Shown here: positions 34,301 to 48,125 of the stretch, piece after piece
Position numbering within the stretch: the stretch's first letter is position 1
Layout: every line of letters begins with the position of its first letter
Notes under the pieces: generated by a model
Seen by the model: only the letters and a program-made list of their open reading frames with translations
Database searches by the model: none
Told to the model about the DNA's origin: nothing
Position numbers and translations under genes: made by a program
Source: Eutreptiella sp. 'Long Island Sound 2002'
Taxonomy: Eukaryota > Protista > Euglenida
Direction: 5' to 3'
Assembly: GCA_964036045.1 (NCBI GenBank)
Contig: OZ038378.1
Coordinates: forward strand, 33,108,001-33,172,000
Length of the DNA stretch: 64,000 bases

Positions 34301-37300
34301 TTTGCAGTTGGCGATTGGAGAAGGCATTGGGCAGTACCTATGACCAGACATGAAATGATGATGTTGTGTCCATCTTTCCGGGGTGTCAGGACGTGCATTG
34401 TTTTGTGTTTGATGTAGCTGTTTGCCAGCTTTGAGGTGTTCTGGCAAATTAGGTTACCGCCACCAAAGGCTTGAAGCATGCCGTAGCATGCCGCACAATG
34501 CCGCAGCATTCCGCCGCATGCCACCGCACAGCTGATCTTTTTCTGGGACTGTTGGAGCCTGCTCGCTGCTCATGGGCGTGTCGAGGGACATGGGGAGGCC
34601 CGCCAGTCGAGAGTCATGGCCCCTCGGCTGAGGGGCGTGTCCGGTCAGGCGCACGAGTTGGAGTTACAGCTTCGAGGGCTGCATAATGTGTACTGCCGCT
34701 GTGGAGATGTCCATGCATTCGATGACCAGCTCCACCACACGGTCCATGCAGGTTGACTGAGATCAACAGTTGCCCGAATAGGTTTGATGCCCGAGGGTCA
34801 AGGCGCACCCCGGGCGGAAGACGTTAGGGATGATCAACCCCAGTGACGGGCGCGGGCACAAATTCAAGACACGTTGCATCGCCCGGAACCCCTCTCTGGC
34901 GAAGGAGCCCACTTGTTCTCAACCCTTCCCGGGGCTGAAGCTGGGTGCGAGACCCTGGCTGTAGACCGCGCGGATGTGCTGGCGGGAGTGGCATGCGTCG
35001 CTCCAGGCCCGGAAATTGCACACTCCGTGCAGAAGTTGTAGCAGGTCCTCATCGCCCCCGTGTTGGTCTCGTAAGTAAGCGTCCAACTCGTCCCTCCCCG
35101 GATCAGCACGGGTTACCGACAGGCGGAGCGCGCGTACATACGCCGTGCGCGTGGTGAGCACCATCATAAACCCTGATAAAGCCGTGCCGCACACGAACCA
35201 GTCGGCTGTCACATCACAAGAGAGCTCTAGGGAGTGGTTGAGCAGTGAGCACCCCACCCCCGAGTATGAGTGCATCACATCCGATTCCACTGCCACGGGC
35301 CCGTGAGACCCCGCCAAGTCTTGGGGCCCCTTGCCCTTGTAAGCCGCATACCGGATGGTGTCGTGTGCCACGGAGCCGGCCTGTCGTTCAAACTAGCAGT
35401 GCATTCGGGGGCCCCCCGCCACTACGCCCACCGCGCGCACGTGGGTGGCCGTGCCCGGCACATTGTCTAGCGCGGGCACAGGTGACGTAGGTCTCTCCAG
35501 CTGAGCCGCCACCGCAGCCGTATCATATACTGGGGCCGTGCGCAGGTTGTGTACGATGTGCTCTGGATCGAGTGCGTCGTTGGGGCAGCGACCGTGGCCC
35601 AGCACGAGCCGCAAGACCTCCATTGATAGCCCGAGGGCGTAGTAGGAGCCTGCGGCGCGTTGGCAGGGGCAAGGAACGGAGGTGGGCGCGCGGGATCTAT
35701 GCGAAGATTCCCGTACCTCGTTCCGTACGAAACTTGCGCGGTAGTTTCGCGGGGCGCTCGTCCCGTGTTGGCAAGTGCGCTTCTAGGTGCGGTAGGATGC
35801 CTTTGTACGGCTTCAGGGGAGTGTACGGCATACAGAGGGCCCGTCTAGTCTCTTGGCCAATGTGGACTGACTGTACCGCCAGGCGCACCCGGTCATGGCG
35901 GGGCTTGCTGGCCCGCTACCGCAGCCTCTCCGCTCATTGCTGCAACAACTCAGCGCCGATGAGGGCGGGATGCTGCTAGGCTAGGCGGCGGACGTATGGT
36001 CTGGTAGGACAAGGGCTTGGGAGGCGCTGCTGGGCCACGTGATGGGTACGGCGATGAAGGTGTGCGGGGGGGGGGGGGGGCGTGGGCGAGTGCTAGCATC
36101 CCCCACACTGCATTGGTGAGGGCGTAGATCCTATGCATCTGTGTGTCGTCCGCCAGCGGCCAGCGCAGGTGTTTCCAGTGCAAGGGGGAGAAGTGTCAGG
36201 TCGTGAGAGTGACCGCGGCGACCACCGCTAGATCGCAGCTGGCTGTGGGTGCCAAGTGGTGCTCTAGCGCCCGGTGCCGATGAACATGTGGTCGATGGCT
36301 ATGGACCGCACGTGCCCCAGCACGAGTACCTGGTTGGTGGTGGTGCCTTGGGGCAACAGGCGGGCGTAGAGCTTGATCCGGTCATCCCGCCGGAGGGTGA
36401 TCGCCAGCGGTGTTGACCCACTGTGCAAGGAGTTGAGGTCGCCTTGTATCACGGTGACATCTGCTCGCACATGCTGCACGCAGGTAAGTAGGAATCTAGG
36501 CGATCTATACTACATACGTGTTGTGGGGATAGAAGTGGGCGTCCTTCGGCCTTGCCCGGTCACGGCACCTTGGACCATCGTGTACGGTGCCGGCACCAAT
36601 TCCTTAGCGGAATCCGGGTATGAAGTCTCTTGTAGCAGGGTCCGGGGCCTCGATCGGAGGTCCAAATGATGTCCTGTTGGTGGTGGGCCCCCGCAAGGTT
36701 GTTGCGCAGCACCCAGAAATCTACCGGGGCAGAGCCGACGAGAAGTGGCGACGGGTCCGGCAGAGAAAGGGCCAAGGGGGGTACAGGGAGCAGCGACATT
36801 AGCGGGGGCAGCCCCCTGCATTGGGCCCACGACGATCTGAACAAGGCGATGCATCTGGTGTCGTGGTTGCTGCCCGCCTAACGATGTGCACGAGCTGCAA
36901 CCCGAGAGGTGAGGAGGGGGCTGTGCGCCGAGTCAGCCACGAAAAATAGTCTGGGCTTGCGTGCGGTGCCGCGGCTGAGGCGTGCGGTTTGCCACACATG
37001 GCGCCGAGCGAGGACGAGATGTGCAAGTAAGGGGTCGTGTTTGCCAGGAGGAACCAGGGTTCAATGTGGTTGTTCCTAGTGTAGCCGAAGTTGTGAGCGG
37101 GTAGCGGACAGGAGCTCGGGGCCGTCGCTCAAAAAAAGGTCCAGGACAATGAGCTCTAGATGGGTACAGTCACGAGGGCGCCAGCAAGCAACCCGCAGAT
37201 GGCTCTAACCCAAGCACCCACCACAACGAGTGCGGGCCCAAGGACATTCGTCGGGAGGGACAACACATCGGCTTGCATGGGGTCGTCCTCCTTGCACTCC

Positions 37301-40282
37301 CCCACCGGGGGCGTCAGTGCCAGGGTGTCATTGGATGTGTGTGCGGCGCAGACGAGGCATTCCATGTTCTCCACTGACGTAGGGGCGACAGGGGCCCATG
37401 TCCTGAAGTGCAGGCAGATGGTGGCCTAGTGGAGGGCGTCGGGCTGCGGTGAGGGTGGGGTGTTGGTGATTGGAAGCTAATGGCGGGGGTCGGGGATGAG
37501 GCGCAGCGATCGCTTTAGCCGAGACTAGCACGCGGTGGTCGGGTCTGCACGTGGGGGGAAGGACTAGGGGCAGAAGGAGTCACTTCTGTCGGCGTGTGGA
37601 CCAAGGCAGACCCCGTGCTGCATGGACCTTGGGCCCGTCGGGGCCGTCATTGCGAACATGCACCGCTTCCCCAACAGCCGGCTGGCCACGGGCAGAGGGG
37701 GTTTGAGGGGGTGGCGGCCGCGCGGAGGCGTCGGACTTTTTCTGGCGCTTGGGGTCGTGCTCAAGGGATGGTCCAGGTCGTAGGAGGGGCTACACTGTGA
37801 GCGGCGTGAGGTGTGCGTTGAAGGCCTCTCCATTGGATTGCCGCTTGATCTTCAGGGTGACGCCCCATATGCCGTTAAATTCATGCCATCTTGAGGGGTA
37901 GTCGGCGAAGAGGTCGTTGAACACAACGGTGGGGACGACGGAAAACCCGTATCCCGGTTGCTTGTCGGGCTCGGCGAATACCGGAGTTGGGAAGAGGGCA
38001 CTGAGGCTGACGGAGACCTCGGCTGCGTCCAAGTCGCGAAGCCCTAAAACACGTATCACACGCAAGGCCGCAGAGTCTCTTGCTGGCTTGGCGGGCGCGC
38101 CGAAGGGATGCCCGCCTGATCGGTGTCCGAGTTGCTCATGGGGGGGGGGGGGTATGTGGGCCGGGTTAGTCGCCGCTTGTCGCCGCCTCTCTCCGTGTGG
38201 GGCCCTGAGGTCTATCACCTAGGAGCCACTGGAAGTTGTCCGGGTCCCAGCCCGCCAGCGCCCACTTGACCGCCTCCTGCAACGCGTCGTGCTGTGAGTG
38301 GCGCTGAATCCCTCGCACCAATTGCAGCATACCCTAGCAAACATGTCGCTCGTTGGTCACTCCTCCGAGGTGCCAGAAGGCGTCATGGGCAGGTCTTCTG
38401 TGGTAACCACTGCCAGCCTAGCTAGGGGCCATCTTCGGAAGCCAGCTTACGCGCCCGCCGCTATTGGTTTGTCCAAGGCGTGCACTTTGCAGCCCATGCG
38501 TGCCCCCCCCACAGCATAGGCGTGTCGTTGCTGGATGAGGTCGAGCAGACGGCATACTTCACCTGACATGCAGGCTTGGGCGGAGGGCGGGCAAGTCGCC
38601 CAAACTGCCTTCACCGCAGTGAGAAGGGCCGACGGGAACGTAGCCAAGGCCAAGCTCTGCCACATCCTGGCTGGGGTGCCGTACGGTTGTGCCAGTGCGG
38701 CAACGGACACCGCAACCCGCCCCACTTGCGGGCCAGGTACACTGCTGAGCACCTTCAGCTCCCTCACCATGTCCCCGGGGTCGGCTCGGGTGGTCCTTTG
38801 GAGGATGGCCCGCCAGGGCGGGGTGGAGTCCGTGGCGTCTCCCGATTTGGACGCACTACGCTCCATCGCGTGGAGCCGGTCCAGGACGTCCTGCATGGCG
38901 ATGTCTACGTCTTTCTCTCAATGGCGGACTTGCACTTGCCACTCTCACTGCGTCACAGGGCTGGGGCTAGGGAGCTTCACGCCTGCATACGTGGCGCCAA
39001 AGGTCGGCACTTCCCACGCGGCTTAAATCCATGACGGGTCGCTGTCTAGGAGGCCAACCAATGCAGTAGAGGTACCCGCAAAATGACTGGCTGCACCGCC
39101 GTCACGTTGCTAAGCAGCAATAGTAGCTCTTCAAAGGCCAGTCCGCGTACATAATCCTTGCTCCACTATTGCAGATGTAGGGCCGCCACCTAGACTAGGT
39201 GACGCCGCCTCGAAGGGGCCTCGCGGACTGCGTAGAGGAGGAGCTCCTGCATGCACTGCTGGTAGGATTGCCATGAGTATCCTCGGAGGCGCTCCTCCAA
39301 CACGCTGCCATCGTACGGCTGGAGGCGCGCTGGTTTTGAGGGGTTGGAGAGGGCGCAGCAGGTCACTGCCACCACCGCTAGTGTGACGCAGCGCGGTACC
39401 GAAATTCCTAGCACGGCGACGTTGGCCTCGTGATGCCGCAGTAACAGCTCTAATGTGGCGCTAGTAGCGTTCCATACGGCCCATCCGGCCGGGAAGAGCT
39501 ATGAGGGCCGGAGCTAATCTTGTTGGTCAGCTCGAGAATGGGACACAAAGGCGTGGGGCATGGTGCCCTTGAAGCGGCGTAGTGTGGGGGCGCCGCGCTG
39601 ATCTTGGCCTCCAGCTCCTGTGTGGTTGCCGTCGGGGTCTTGGGTGGGGGGGGCGGCCGGGTGCCAATGCACACTGGGTACGGGCTAGCCCTCCTCGAGC
39701 TGTAGCCGCTTGCACCCGGGGCTGTGCGTGCTCCGCGTTGTGTTCCGGATGTCATCGGTGCTCCCGTGGTCGCTCCGCGTACGTGCCTCTCCATGTGCTC
39801 TATGTGGGGTGCGGTCTAGCCCAGGGCGGCTCCCCGACCTGGGCCAGCTGGACAACGCCCTAGGGGGCCTGTTGCGGTGAATGTTTTGTGGTACGGCGCC
39901 GCGACGCCGGAGGGGGCGGTAGTGTTTGTCGCGTCGTCCTTGCCTTGTCTCCCAGCTTTGCGCGCCCACTCGTGAGGAAGGGCCGGCCGCTAGGCCCCCT
40001 CGTGTGTGTTCGCCGGATGCCACCGGGCCCTAATGCCCTCCCGGTTCTGCCTCCCTGGGGTTGAGGAGGTGGGGACCAACCATGCGGGGTACCATTGGGA
40101 TCCGGCTCCCATATTCGGTGTCGTTCTCCTCGTCGCTCCTCTTGTCGTGAATGTGTGTGCAGACAGTAAGGGCGGCGAGGGGGGGGGGGGACTTGGTGGG
40201 GGAATGGTGCGCCTGCCCCTCACAACCTACATCTTTAACCACTAGGGGCACCAGCGGCGGATGGCAATGGGCGGGCCGACCC
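31326..40282 (-). mobile_element. Near full-length degenerate non-LTR retrotransposon (ORF1; APE-RT-RNase H-zinc knuckle)
   Basis: ORF1 pieces align by eye to ORF 55992-57977 (e.g. GYGFSVV versus RGFGFVT); APE LQET and VIQGDLNS...IDHMF (about 36264-36850); RT-like YKGKG..GPVAVES and KG*EQ (34600-35370); RNase H VYDGT...WAFV...AEA...FIADS (33000-33260); CLFC-x9-H-x4-C with a frameshift (about 32495-32555); (CCACT)n tail. Confidence 0.85.
33818..34561. mobile_element. 744-bp non-autonomous hAT-type element inserted in the LINE RT region
   Basis: TIRs CAGGCACCACAG / rc CAGGCTCCAACAG; 8-bp TSD CTCGCAGC (33810-33817) and CTCGCTGC (34562-34569); excision restores the frame ...PMS(S/C)ESLCW...; subterminal GCATGCCGC repeats. 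Confidence 0.8.
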
Positions 40283-42870
40283 GGGGGGACCTATGGGGAG
40301 CTATGCGGGCCCATGGGGGCCTATGGGAACTTTTGGTGATCTATAACGTCTATGGTGACTTTTCGGGACCTATGGGGACCTATTGGAACCTTTAGAAACC
40401 TGTAGGGGCCTATGGGGACACATTGGCACTTCTGGGGACCTTTGATGACCTATGGGGACCTAAGGGAGCCTGTTGGGTCCTATGCAGGCCTATGGGGACC
40501 TATGGGGACCTTTTGGGACCTGTGGGGACCTACAGTCGGCTATGGGCACCTACGTACCTATGGGGACCTATAGGGGCCTATGGGTACCTGGGTGCCCTTG
40601 GGGACATATGGGGGCCCCTGTGGACCTATGGGGGAACATCGGGACCTATGGGTGCATATGGGGGCCTATGGGGACATAAGGGGACTTTTGGGGACCTATG
40701 GGCCCCTTTGGGCACCTATGGGGAGTTTTCGGGACCTATGGGGACCTTTGGGGACTAGTAGGGAATTTTAGGGATCTATGGGGACTTGTAGAGATGTTTG
40801 GGTACTTTTGGGGACTTTTGAGAACATATGGGGGCCTTTGGAGATCGATGCAGACCTATGGGGACCTTTGGGGACCCTATGGGGACCTATCGGGACTTTC
40901 GATGGCCTATGGGGTTTATGGGGTCCTATGGGGACCTATCCGGATCCTTGGGGGCCTATGGGGACTTTGGGGACCTTTGGATACTTATGGGAGCCTATGG
41001 GGTCCTGTGGGAACCTTTGGTAACCTTTCTCGTCTATGGTGACATTTCGGGAACTATCGGAACCTATAGCCACCGATAGGGGCTTATGGGCACTGCGGCA
41101 GGTATGTGGACCTGTAGGGGCCTATGGGCACCTAGACACCTATAGGGACCTATGGGGGCCCATGTGGACCTATGGGGACCTATGGGGGCCTATCGGGGCC
41201 TATGGGATCGTTTGGTGACCTATGAAGTCTATGGGGACATATGGCGGCCTCTGGAGACGTAAGGGGACTTTTGGGGACCCATAGGCGCCTTTGGGCACCT
41301 ATGGGGACTTTTGGGGACGTATGGGGACTTTTGGCGACCTGTGGGGAGTTTTAGGCCGCTATGGGGACTTGTAGACACCTGTGGGGCCCTATGGGGATTT
41401 TTGAGAATCTATGGGGACCTTTGGGGACCTATTGGGACATATGGGGACCTATGAGGACCTATGGGAGCCCATGGGATGTCTTTGGGGACTTCTGGGGACC
41501 TATGGGGGCCTCTGGAGGCCTATGGGAACCTTCGGTGACCTATAAAGTCTGTGGTCACCTTTCGGGGTGTATGGGGACCTATGGGGGCCTATGCGGGCCT
41601 ATGGGGACCTATTGTGACTGTTGCTCGCTGTGCGACAGGAGGTTGAGGCAGTGGACCCGGAGCACGACCTACACATTCCGGGGGAGCACAACGCCACCAC
41701 AACCGGATGACTTTATACCATGGACGCCAGAGTCGGTTCTTAGTAGAGGGGACTTCAGCATGATCATTTGTAAACCAGATCAAACACGACCCTTGGAAAG
41801 GATATTTATCAATTTGAACACGCCGTCTTCGCCACACTCACGAGATTTTATAGATTTCGAGGCACACTGAACAACATATACATAAGATGAATGCACATAC
41901 ACGAGCACAGAAGATGTAGTTAGCCAATAGACGACCAGAAGGCAATGAGGCTCCGTAGCAACTATGGACAATACGAATTTTCGGACCACATTGGCCGGTG
42001 TGGTACCTTGTTTGATGAAAACCAGCGGATGCCTATTGTGACCAATGGGGACCTGCGGGGACGGAGGGGGGCTATGGGGAGCTCAGGGGACCCTATGGGT
42101 GCCCATGCGGTCCTACAGGGACCTACGGGGACCTATGGGGTCATATAGGGATCTATGTGGAGTCACGGGGAGCTTGGGGGAGCTAAGGGGACCAATGTGG
42201 ACCCCTGGGGACCTATGGGGGCCTATGTGGACCTTTGGAGACGTATGGAGACGTATGGGGACGTATGGGGACGTATGGGGACCTATGGGGACCCATGGGG
42301 CCAGTTGCGAGTTTTAGGGGGCTATGGGGACTTATGGTGACATGTGGGGATCCCTTGTTGGTACTCAAACAATTGTTTGCCTTTTCATCCTCAAGCAGTT
42401 TTCTGTCCGTCTGTCCGACACCCAGTCTGAGTTATATGATTTGTCCTGTTTTGGTGCAGTGTGTTCCTACCCCCTTGGCAAACTATGGGGACCTATGAGG
42501 ACTTTTGAGAACCTTTGGGGGCCTTTGGAGATCGATGGGGACCTATGGGGACCTATGGGGACCTATGGGGACCTAGGGACTCTATGGGTGCATATGGGGA
42601 CCTATGGCGACCTACGGCGACCTATGTGGAGCTGTAGGGACCCTATGGGTGGCCATGGGGACCTATGGGGACCTGTGGGGACTTGTGGGTGCCTATGGGC
42701 ACCTATAGGGACCTTTTGGGCCCTATGGGGGCGTTTGGACACCTATGGGGACCTTCGGGGACCTATGGGGAGTTTTGGGGACCTATTGGGACCTTTGGGG
42801 ACGTATCTGAATTTTTTAGACCTATGGGGACTTGCAGGGACCTAGGTGGACCTATGGGGACTTTTTCCGG
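40283..42870. repeat. (GGGGACCTAT)n satellite, blocks 4-6 (interrupted at 41619-42031 and about 42345-42481)
   Basis: Same monomer. Confidence 0.9.
41619..42031. mobile_element. 413-bp insertion flanked by an 11-bp direct repeat
   Basis: CCTATTGTGAC at 41608-41618 and 42032-42042; the interior reads as a stop-interrupted coding frame. Confidence 0.6.
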
Positions 42871-42879
42871 ATTGTGGTT

Positions 42880-45800
42880 GTTTAGTTTTTTTTTTACATC
42901 TTTTCCATGTTGGTTGGATCTGTTTTAACCCGTTTATTTTTTTATTCCGGGTGGGCGGCATCAACTTTTCGGACACCCATTTTGACTCCTACCCTCCCCT
43001 TCATCCAAGCATCAGACCTATATCAGACATATCACACATCTTGTTTTATACACCGCAAACACAACGTGCCGCATAAGACATGAGACACCACACCTTATAC
43101 ATAATCTTGATGTGGGGCACAATGTGGCAGCTCGCACAGCCAGTTGCGGAGGGGTTGGTTGCCACAACGGGGGAGGGTATCAAGCTCTATGGTGCCGTTT
43201 GCGTGCTGCCAAAGTGGGTGCAGCACCTAATTAGTTGTTGACCGGTCGAACTTGTCCACGTCTAGCACCTCAGCTATTCAAGGCTACATTGGATGTTGAC
43301 TGCGGTGGATGGTACATCACCTCATGAGGCGTGGTACGTCCATTGAACAAGGAGAACATGTAGCCCCGACCAATTTGCAAGGTCGCGGCTCTTTGGGGCT
43401 AGTGAGGACTGAGCAACGTTATACGCGGCCGCCCGAGAGGTGGATTTCAACCAACAATTGTGGGACCCAAGTAAGGCTGTAATCCAGAATACTGCGGGTT
43501 CCGACCAAGAAATCCTTTTTTTCGATGAGCCGATAGCAAGGCAAAAATTTTAATGGCCAATTGCAAGAATTGGAAAGCCAAGGCTCCTCAAGCCTCGGTG
43601 TGTTGGTTGGGTGGGTGTAAAAAGGCCACAATGTCTCACCAGCGTTGGGTTGGAAGACACCATTGACGGGTGGTGGGAAGTGGTGTTCACAATTGGAACG
43701 ATATATCGACACATGGCTGCCAACCGCCGCATTCCGGACTACCGGCTACACGGCGTGCTGCATGTCACTACATGTGGTATCGCAGGCATGGCAACGGGTA
43801 AGTCCGCGGCTGTTGTTGTGTGTAATTTTTTTCAGCCCATTCTAGATGTTGACCGCATTCAAGCGAGGACAACAACAAAGGGGAGGTTGAACAATGACAA
43901 GGCAAACACGAAGGTAAAGGTTAGGTTGGAGTGTGCCGCGGCTGTGCAATTCCTGCGCACCCAAAGGTGGTAGGCACTGATGACGATGTGCCTTGGGGAG
44001 GGGGGAATGTACAACAAGCGAGTGGGGGGTAGACTATGGGGTGACTTTTGTCGGCAGTGGTGGTACAATTTTGCCAAGCTGTGCATGTATACGTGGCAAA
44101 TGGGATGGATGTCTGGGGGGGGTAGGAAGGCTACGGGAATGCAGTATACGAATGGGCAAGGCCCACTTAGTGTTATAGTGGCCTAAGCTGCTCTGGTCAC
44201 ATTTGTGGATTGACCGCATGTATTTCTTTGTCCACAAGTGGAGAATCGTCTCCAAAGTTTCATGGTTTGCCATGGAAGGGAGCCACCGTAGCCCAAAACG
44301 CATGCTGCGCAATAGCGGGGGCCTAAGCCTCCTGCGTGGCCACGTAGGTGTGCAAGTTGTGGTTGACAACCACACCATAATTGACAGCCTCTGTCGAGAG
44401 GGGTGGAATGTCACCAAGAGGTCCATGTGTGGATAAGGTCCCATGATAGTGCAGCAGTTGGCGGGGCGTGGCCGCAAGAAGGCGTTACTTCAACTATGTA
44501 CATGTCCTCTCACAAACTTTTGGAGTCCACCTGCGGCGGCCCTAGGACAGGCGCACATGCGACTCTGGCTTCCGGTGGCTCTGGGTACTTGAGGTGGTGC
44601 ACGTCAAGCGTCGGAGTTGCATGCATGTGCGAAAATCAATGCGAAAGTTGGGCGATTTGCTGCCCATTTTTCTCCCTAATTGGGTGCATGTTCGCGCTTG
44701 CAATGGCGCCGCGAACAAAGGGAACAAGCGCGGTAGGAATAGGGCATTTTAGGGGGCAAGGTGGCACCGTAGTGTCTCAAAAAAGGGCCACGTCCTTTCG
44801 TAGGAGCCCACATTTGTCTTTTTAGAATTTTCAAAACTATTGCCACCATCACAACTCTATGAAACAACTCTTTTGCAGCCTAAACCGTACGTTTGTGCAC
44901 CCATATTGCTGCGACTTTCGCTCTTCTTTCAAAAGTTCCCTTAACGGCCGTTCGCAAAGGGTACACACTACCCCATATATTGGTGGGAGGCCAGGGTGAG
45001 CATGCACTCGTTCTATTTCTAGTAGTACATCAATTCCACCGCCGGGTAAAGCAAGCATCCACTCACAACCATGAATATATGAATACCAAGCTTGCCACTT
45101 ACAGCAAGCAGCCCATGCCCGAACGTGGCTACCTCCACACATAGTAAGTGACCTGCATCGCATACTTGTTCGGTGGGAGGGTGCACAGACACTTGATTTG
45201 AGGGGAATATGAAATATTGTGTCGGTCATGTCTTTCCGAGTCATTAGAGGCCACACCACCTCCAGACCGACACCCACAATACACGAGGACATCACGTAGT
45301 GTCCTAGAGGCCACTCTAGCCACAAGATGTTGCCCGTGCCCGAGGGTCCGCAAGCTGTCACCCCATATCTTTTGTTGGAGCTTGTCTACGGTCGCAGCGT
45401 GCAACACGCCAACCCTCGCTTGTCCACCGAAACTAGTGGGAGTCCACCATGCCTCACTCTAGGCAAACCATTGCTACGGTGTCTGCACCCAACTGTGACC
45501 ACACAGGATTTCAAAGTTGCTGGTCTCTCAAGGTGTGGCTAGGACTCTGGCCATGGCTGTTGCGGCCCACGAGCGAAGAGCCATGCCCGGGGGGTGTAGC
45601 AACTTTCTTTTGGCATCATCGGCAGACAACGCACCAACACACAACATACCACACACGACGAGCACACACGCTGAGGTGTGCCGAATCCAAAGCAATGCGC
45701 ACCAAAGACATCCTATGTGTTGAGTATCCTTTGCGTGCAAGTGCATAAGTTGGACCCCTCCACGGTCACACACCACACTGTTTATGTCTTTGATAGCTAA

Positions 45801-46360
45801 CTACCCTGGCTGCAACTTTGCCACATGTCTTTGACAGATAAGCATCTGGAAAAAAATAGCAAAAGCCGGGAAATGTGCCATGACACACGCCTTGGTGCTG
45901 GGGTGTACGATATTGGAACAAGACTAGGCTGGCTACCAATAGGGGGCTGCTTGTCAGCCACGAACTTGCTATGGGCAATATGGTGTGAACACTTTGCTTT
46001 GCTTGAAGAAACGGAAAACACACATCCATTTTGGCAAGATATCTTGTTGAAAAATGCACTGCTGCCAAGGTGGTGCTGCCGAGAGTTGTCTAGTTTCATG
46101 AGCTGCAATACAATCTACTTTACAATCCCTTCCAGGATGTTTCGGCCCACATAGAAATATCACACACGCCAAGCAAATTGCACCACAGACCATAGGGCAA
46201 TCAAATGTGTCCCGCCACTTGTTTCTGGGGTCTAGCAGAATCTCTCGTTGCTTGGATAACCCTAAATGGCATTGCCTACACCATTTTGCAGATAGCCATA
46301 TGGGATGGAGCACCAGAGGGCAGGTCACAGTCCATTGTCCTCGCGTCCCCCCAGTGAAAT
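42880..46360 (-). mobile_element. Highly degenerate L1/Tx1-like ORF2 fragment with poly(A) tail
   Basis: Minus strand: FYVGRNILEGI, LDNSRQ...AFFNKI, QGVCHG, LSADD, VWR*PRSGMG, zinc-finger-like CHACDTTCSDMQH (about 43740-43780); T-runs on + at about 42885-42947. Confidence 0.55.
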
Positions 46361-46369
46361 CACCACCAC

Positions 46370-48125
46370 CTAAGGAGATTCTTGAACACAGGGGGGCTGG
46401 AATGGGTTGTCGTTACCGCGAGCGGGCTCAGGAGGCAGCATTCTGGGGGCCCGGCCTGCTACAGGGTGCTCCGGGACTGCCTTCGGTCCCTGGGCGCAGT
46501 GTGCAGGGCGTACAGGTGCACGACCGGGGACGTCCCGCAGGCACCGGCTGTGTTCGTCGAGGTGACGCAGCCACCGAGGGTCCAGGGGCAGGACGTCTGG
46601 CCCGTACCCCTGAGCAACATGTGGCAAGCTGAGCATGCGGCTGCCATGTGTAGGGCGCTGCGGGGTCAAGCGCCGGCCCTCCCCAAGGCACCGGCAGTGC
46701 AGTCCTCCAGCAACCGGCCTGCAGCCTCGCTGGCGCTGCTGCACGGTGGGTCGCGGGCGTGGTGCTGGGTCGTAGTGGCGCTGGAGCCCCACTCCTCGGC
46801 ACTGCGCGTGTACGATCATGGGGAGGGCACGGCGCTCACGATCCGCCCCGCCGACCTGGAGGCCCTGCACCTTGCTGCCCAGACTGGCGACGGCGGCAGT
46901 CAGTCGCCGTCGTTGCCTTGACTGACTGGCGACGGCGGCACGGTGCTGTACCTCCAGGGGACCGTGGTAAGCTCGGCCGCGGTCCGTTTCCGCAGGGAGA
47001 GCGGTGGAGATGCCCTCCGCCTGATTATGGCGGAGAACATGGGGCCGTGGCTCCGCGCGTTCTCCGCGTCCAGGTGGAAGGTCGAGGGCGACCGGGATAA
47101 GTTCGCCGACGCTTGGCGCCGCTGGGTGGAGGAGCAGTTTCCCGTGGGGGGGATGCTTCACCTGCCGCAGCCGCCGAGTGTGGCGCCGGTTCGGCCTGCA
47201 GCCCCCCCGGCCGCCGTGGCAAAGCCGGTTCTGAAGGCAGCGCCCAAGCCGCCTCCCAAGAAGAGCAACCCCCACCAGTATGGCAACTATACCAACATTT
47301 CGTACGTGCTGCGGCACTTCGGAGGCGAGCTGGCCACGGAGCAGTGTGGGTCGAAGGAGCTCAACGTCTGCCCCTGGTCCCTACTGGAGGGGGCTGGTCA
47401 CTGCTCGTGAGGAGCCGGCAAGCACCGCCGGCCCACCCACCTCCACCCCAAGGACATTCTGGACCATCTGATGCAGGATCATGGGTCTGACCCGGCTCAA
47501 CGGTACCAGGCAATGGCCATGATCGCCGGCATTATGCCTGGGGGGCAAGCGGGGCCATTCGCGTCGGCCCAAGCAAGATCCAAAACGCTCGCGTTGCCCA
47601 CGGAGGCCCGTCCCGCGGGAGGGCAAGGGGCATCACAGCCGGCAACGTCGAGTTGGGCTAGCGGGTCTGCGGCAAGTGTCTTCAACGGGGAGTGCGAGGG
47701 CGAGTGCGTCGGGCAGTGGAGCCGCGCGGTCAGCTGCTGTGTCTAGTGGAACACGACCGCCGGCGACCCCCTCAGCAAGTGGACGGCGGGGGCCGGTGTC
47801 TGGTCGTGCGCAGGGGTCTTCAAACCAGCCGCCCGCGCCGGGTGCGGGTGGTCCCCCTCCGTCCGATGACCCGGATCCGTCGGGGGGCCCTGATCCGGCG
47901 GCGCAGCCATGAAGGGGCCCCGCCTCCGACATCCGGGCGGCGGTGTCCTGGAACGTCCAGGGCTCAGTGCGGGGGGACGGCGTGCCCGTGGCCCCGGGTA
48001 TGCTCAACGGTGAGGCGGTGGCGGCGGGCATTATGAAGGCTGAGGGCGCCATCCTGTGCCTCTTCCAAGAGACGGGCCTGCAGGACCCCCAGGGCGTGGT
48101 GCACTCGGAGAATCCGTGGACCTTA
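46370..48125 (+). mobile_element. Second non-LTR family: broken ORF1 and start of an APE ORF2, truncated
   Basis: GC-rich; ORF1 pieces 46382-46921, 46943-47410 and 47471-47746; MSWNVQGS...LCLFQETG at 47943 is an endonuclease/exonuclease/phosphatase N-terminus; ends abruptly at about 48125. Confidence 0.7.

Noticed and set aside
19947-42928. Many MGTYGDLWGP-repeat ORFs
   Set aside because: A 10-bp monomer gives the same decapeptide in all three frames; frequent stops and shifts indicate satellite DNA, not genes.
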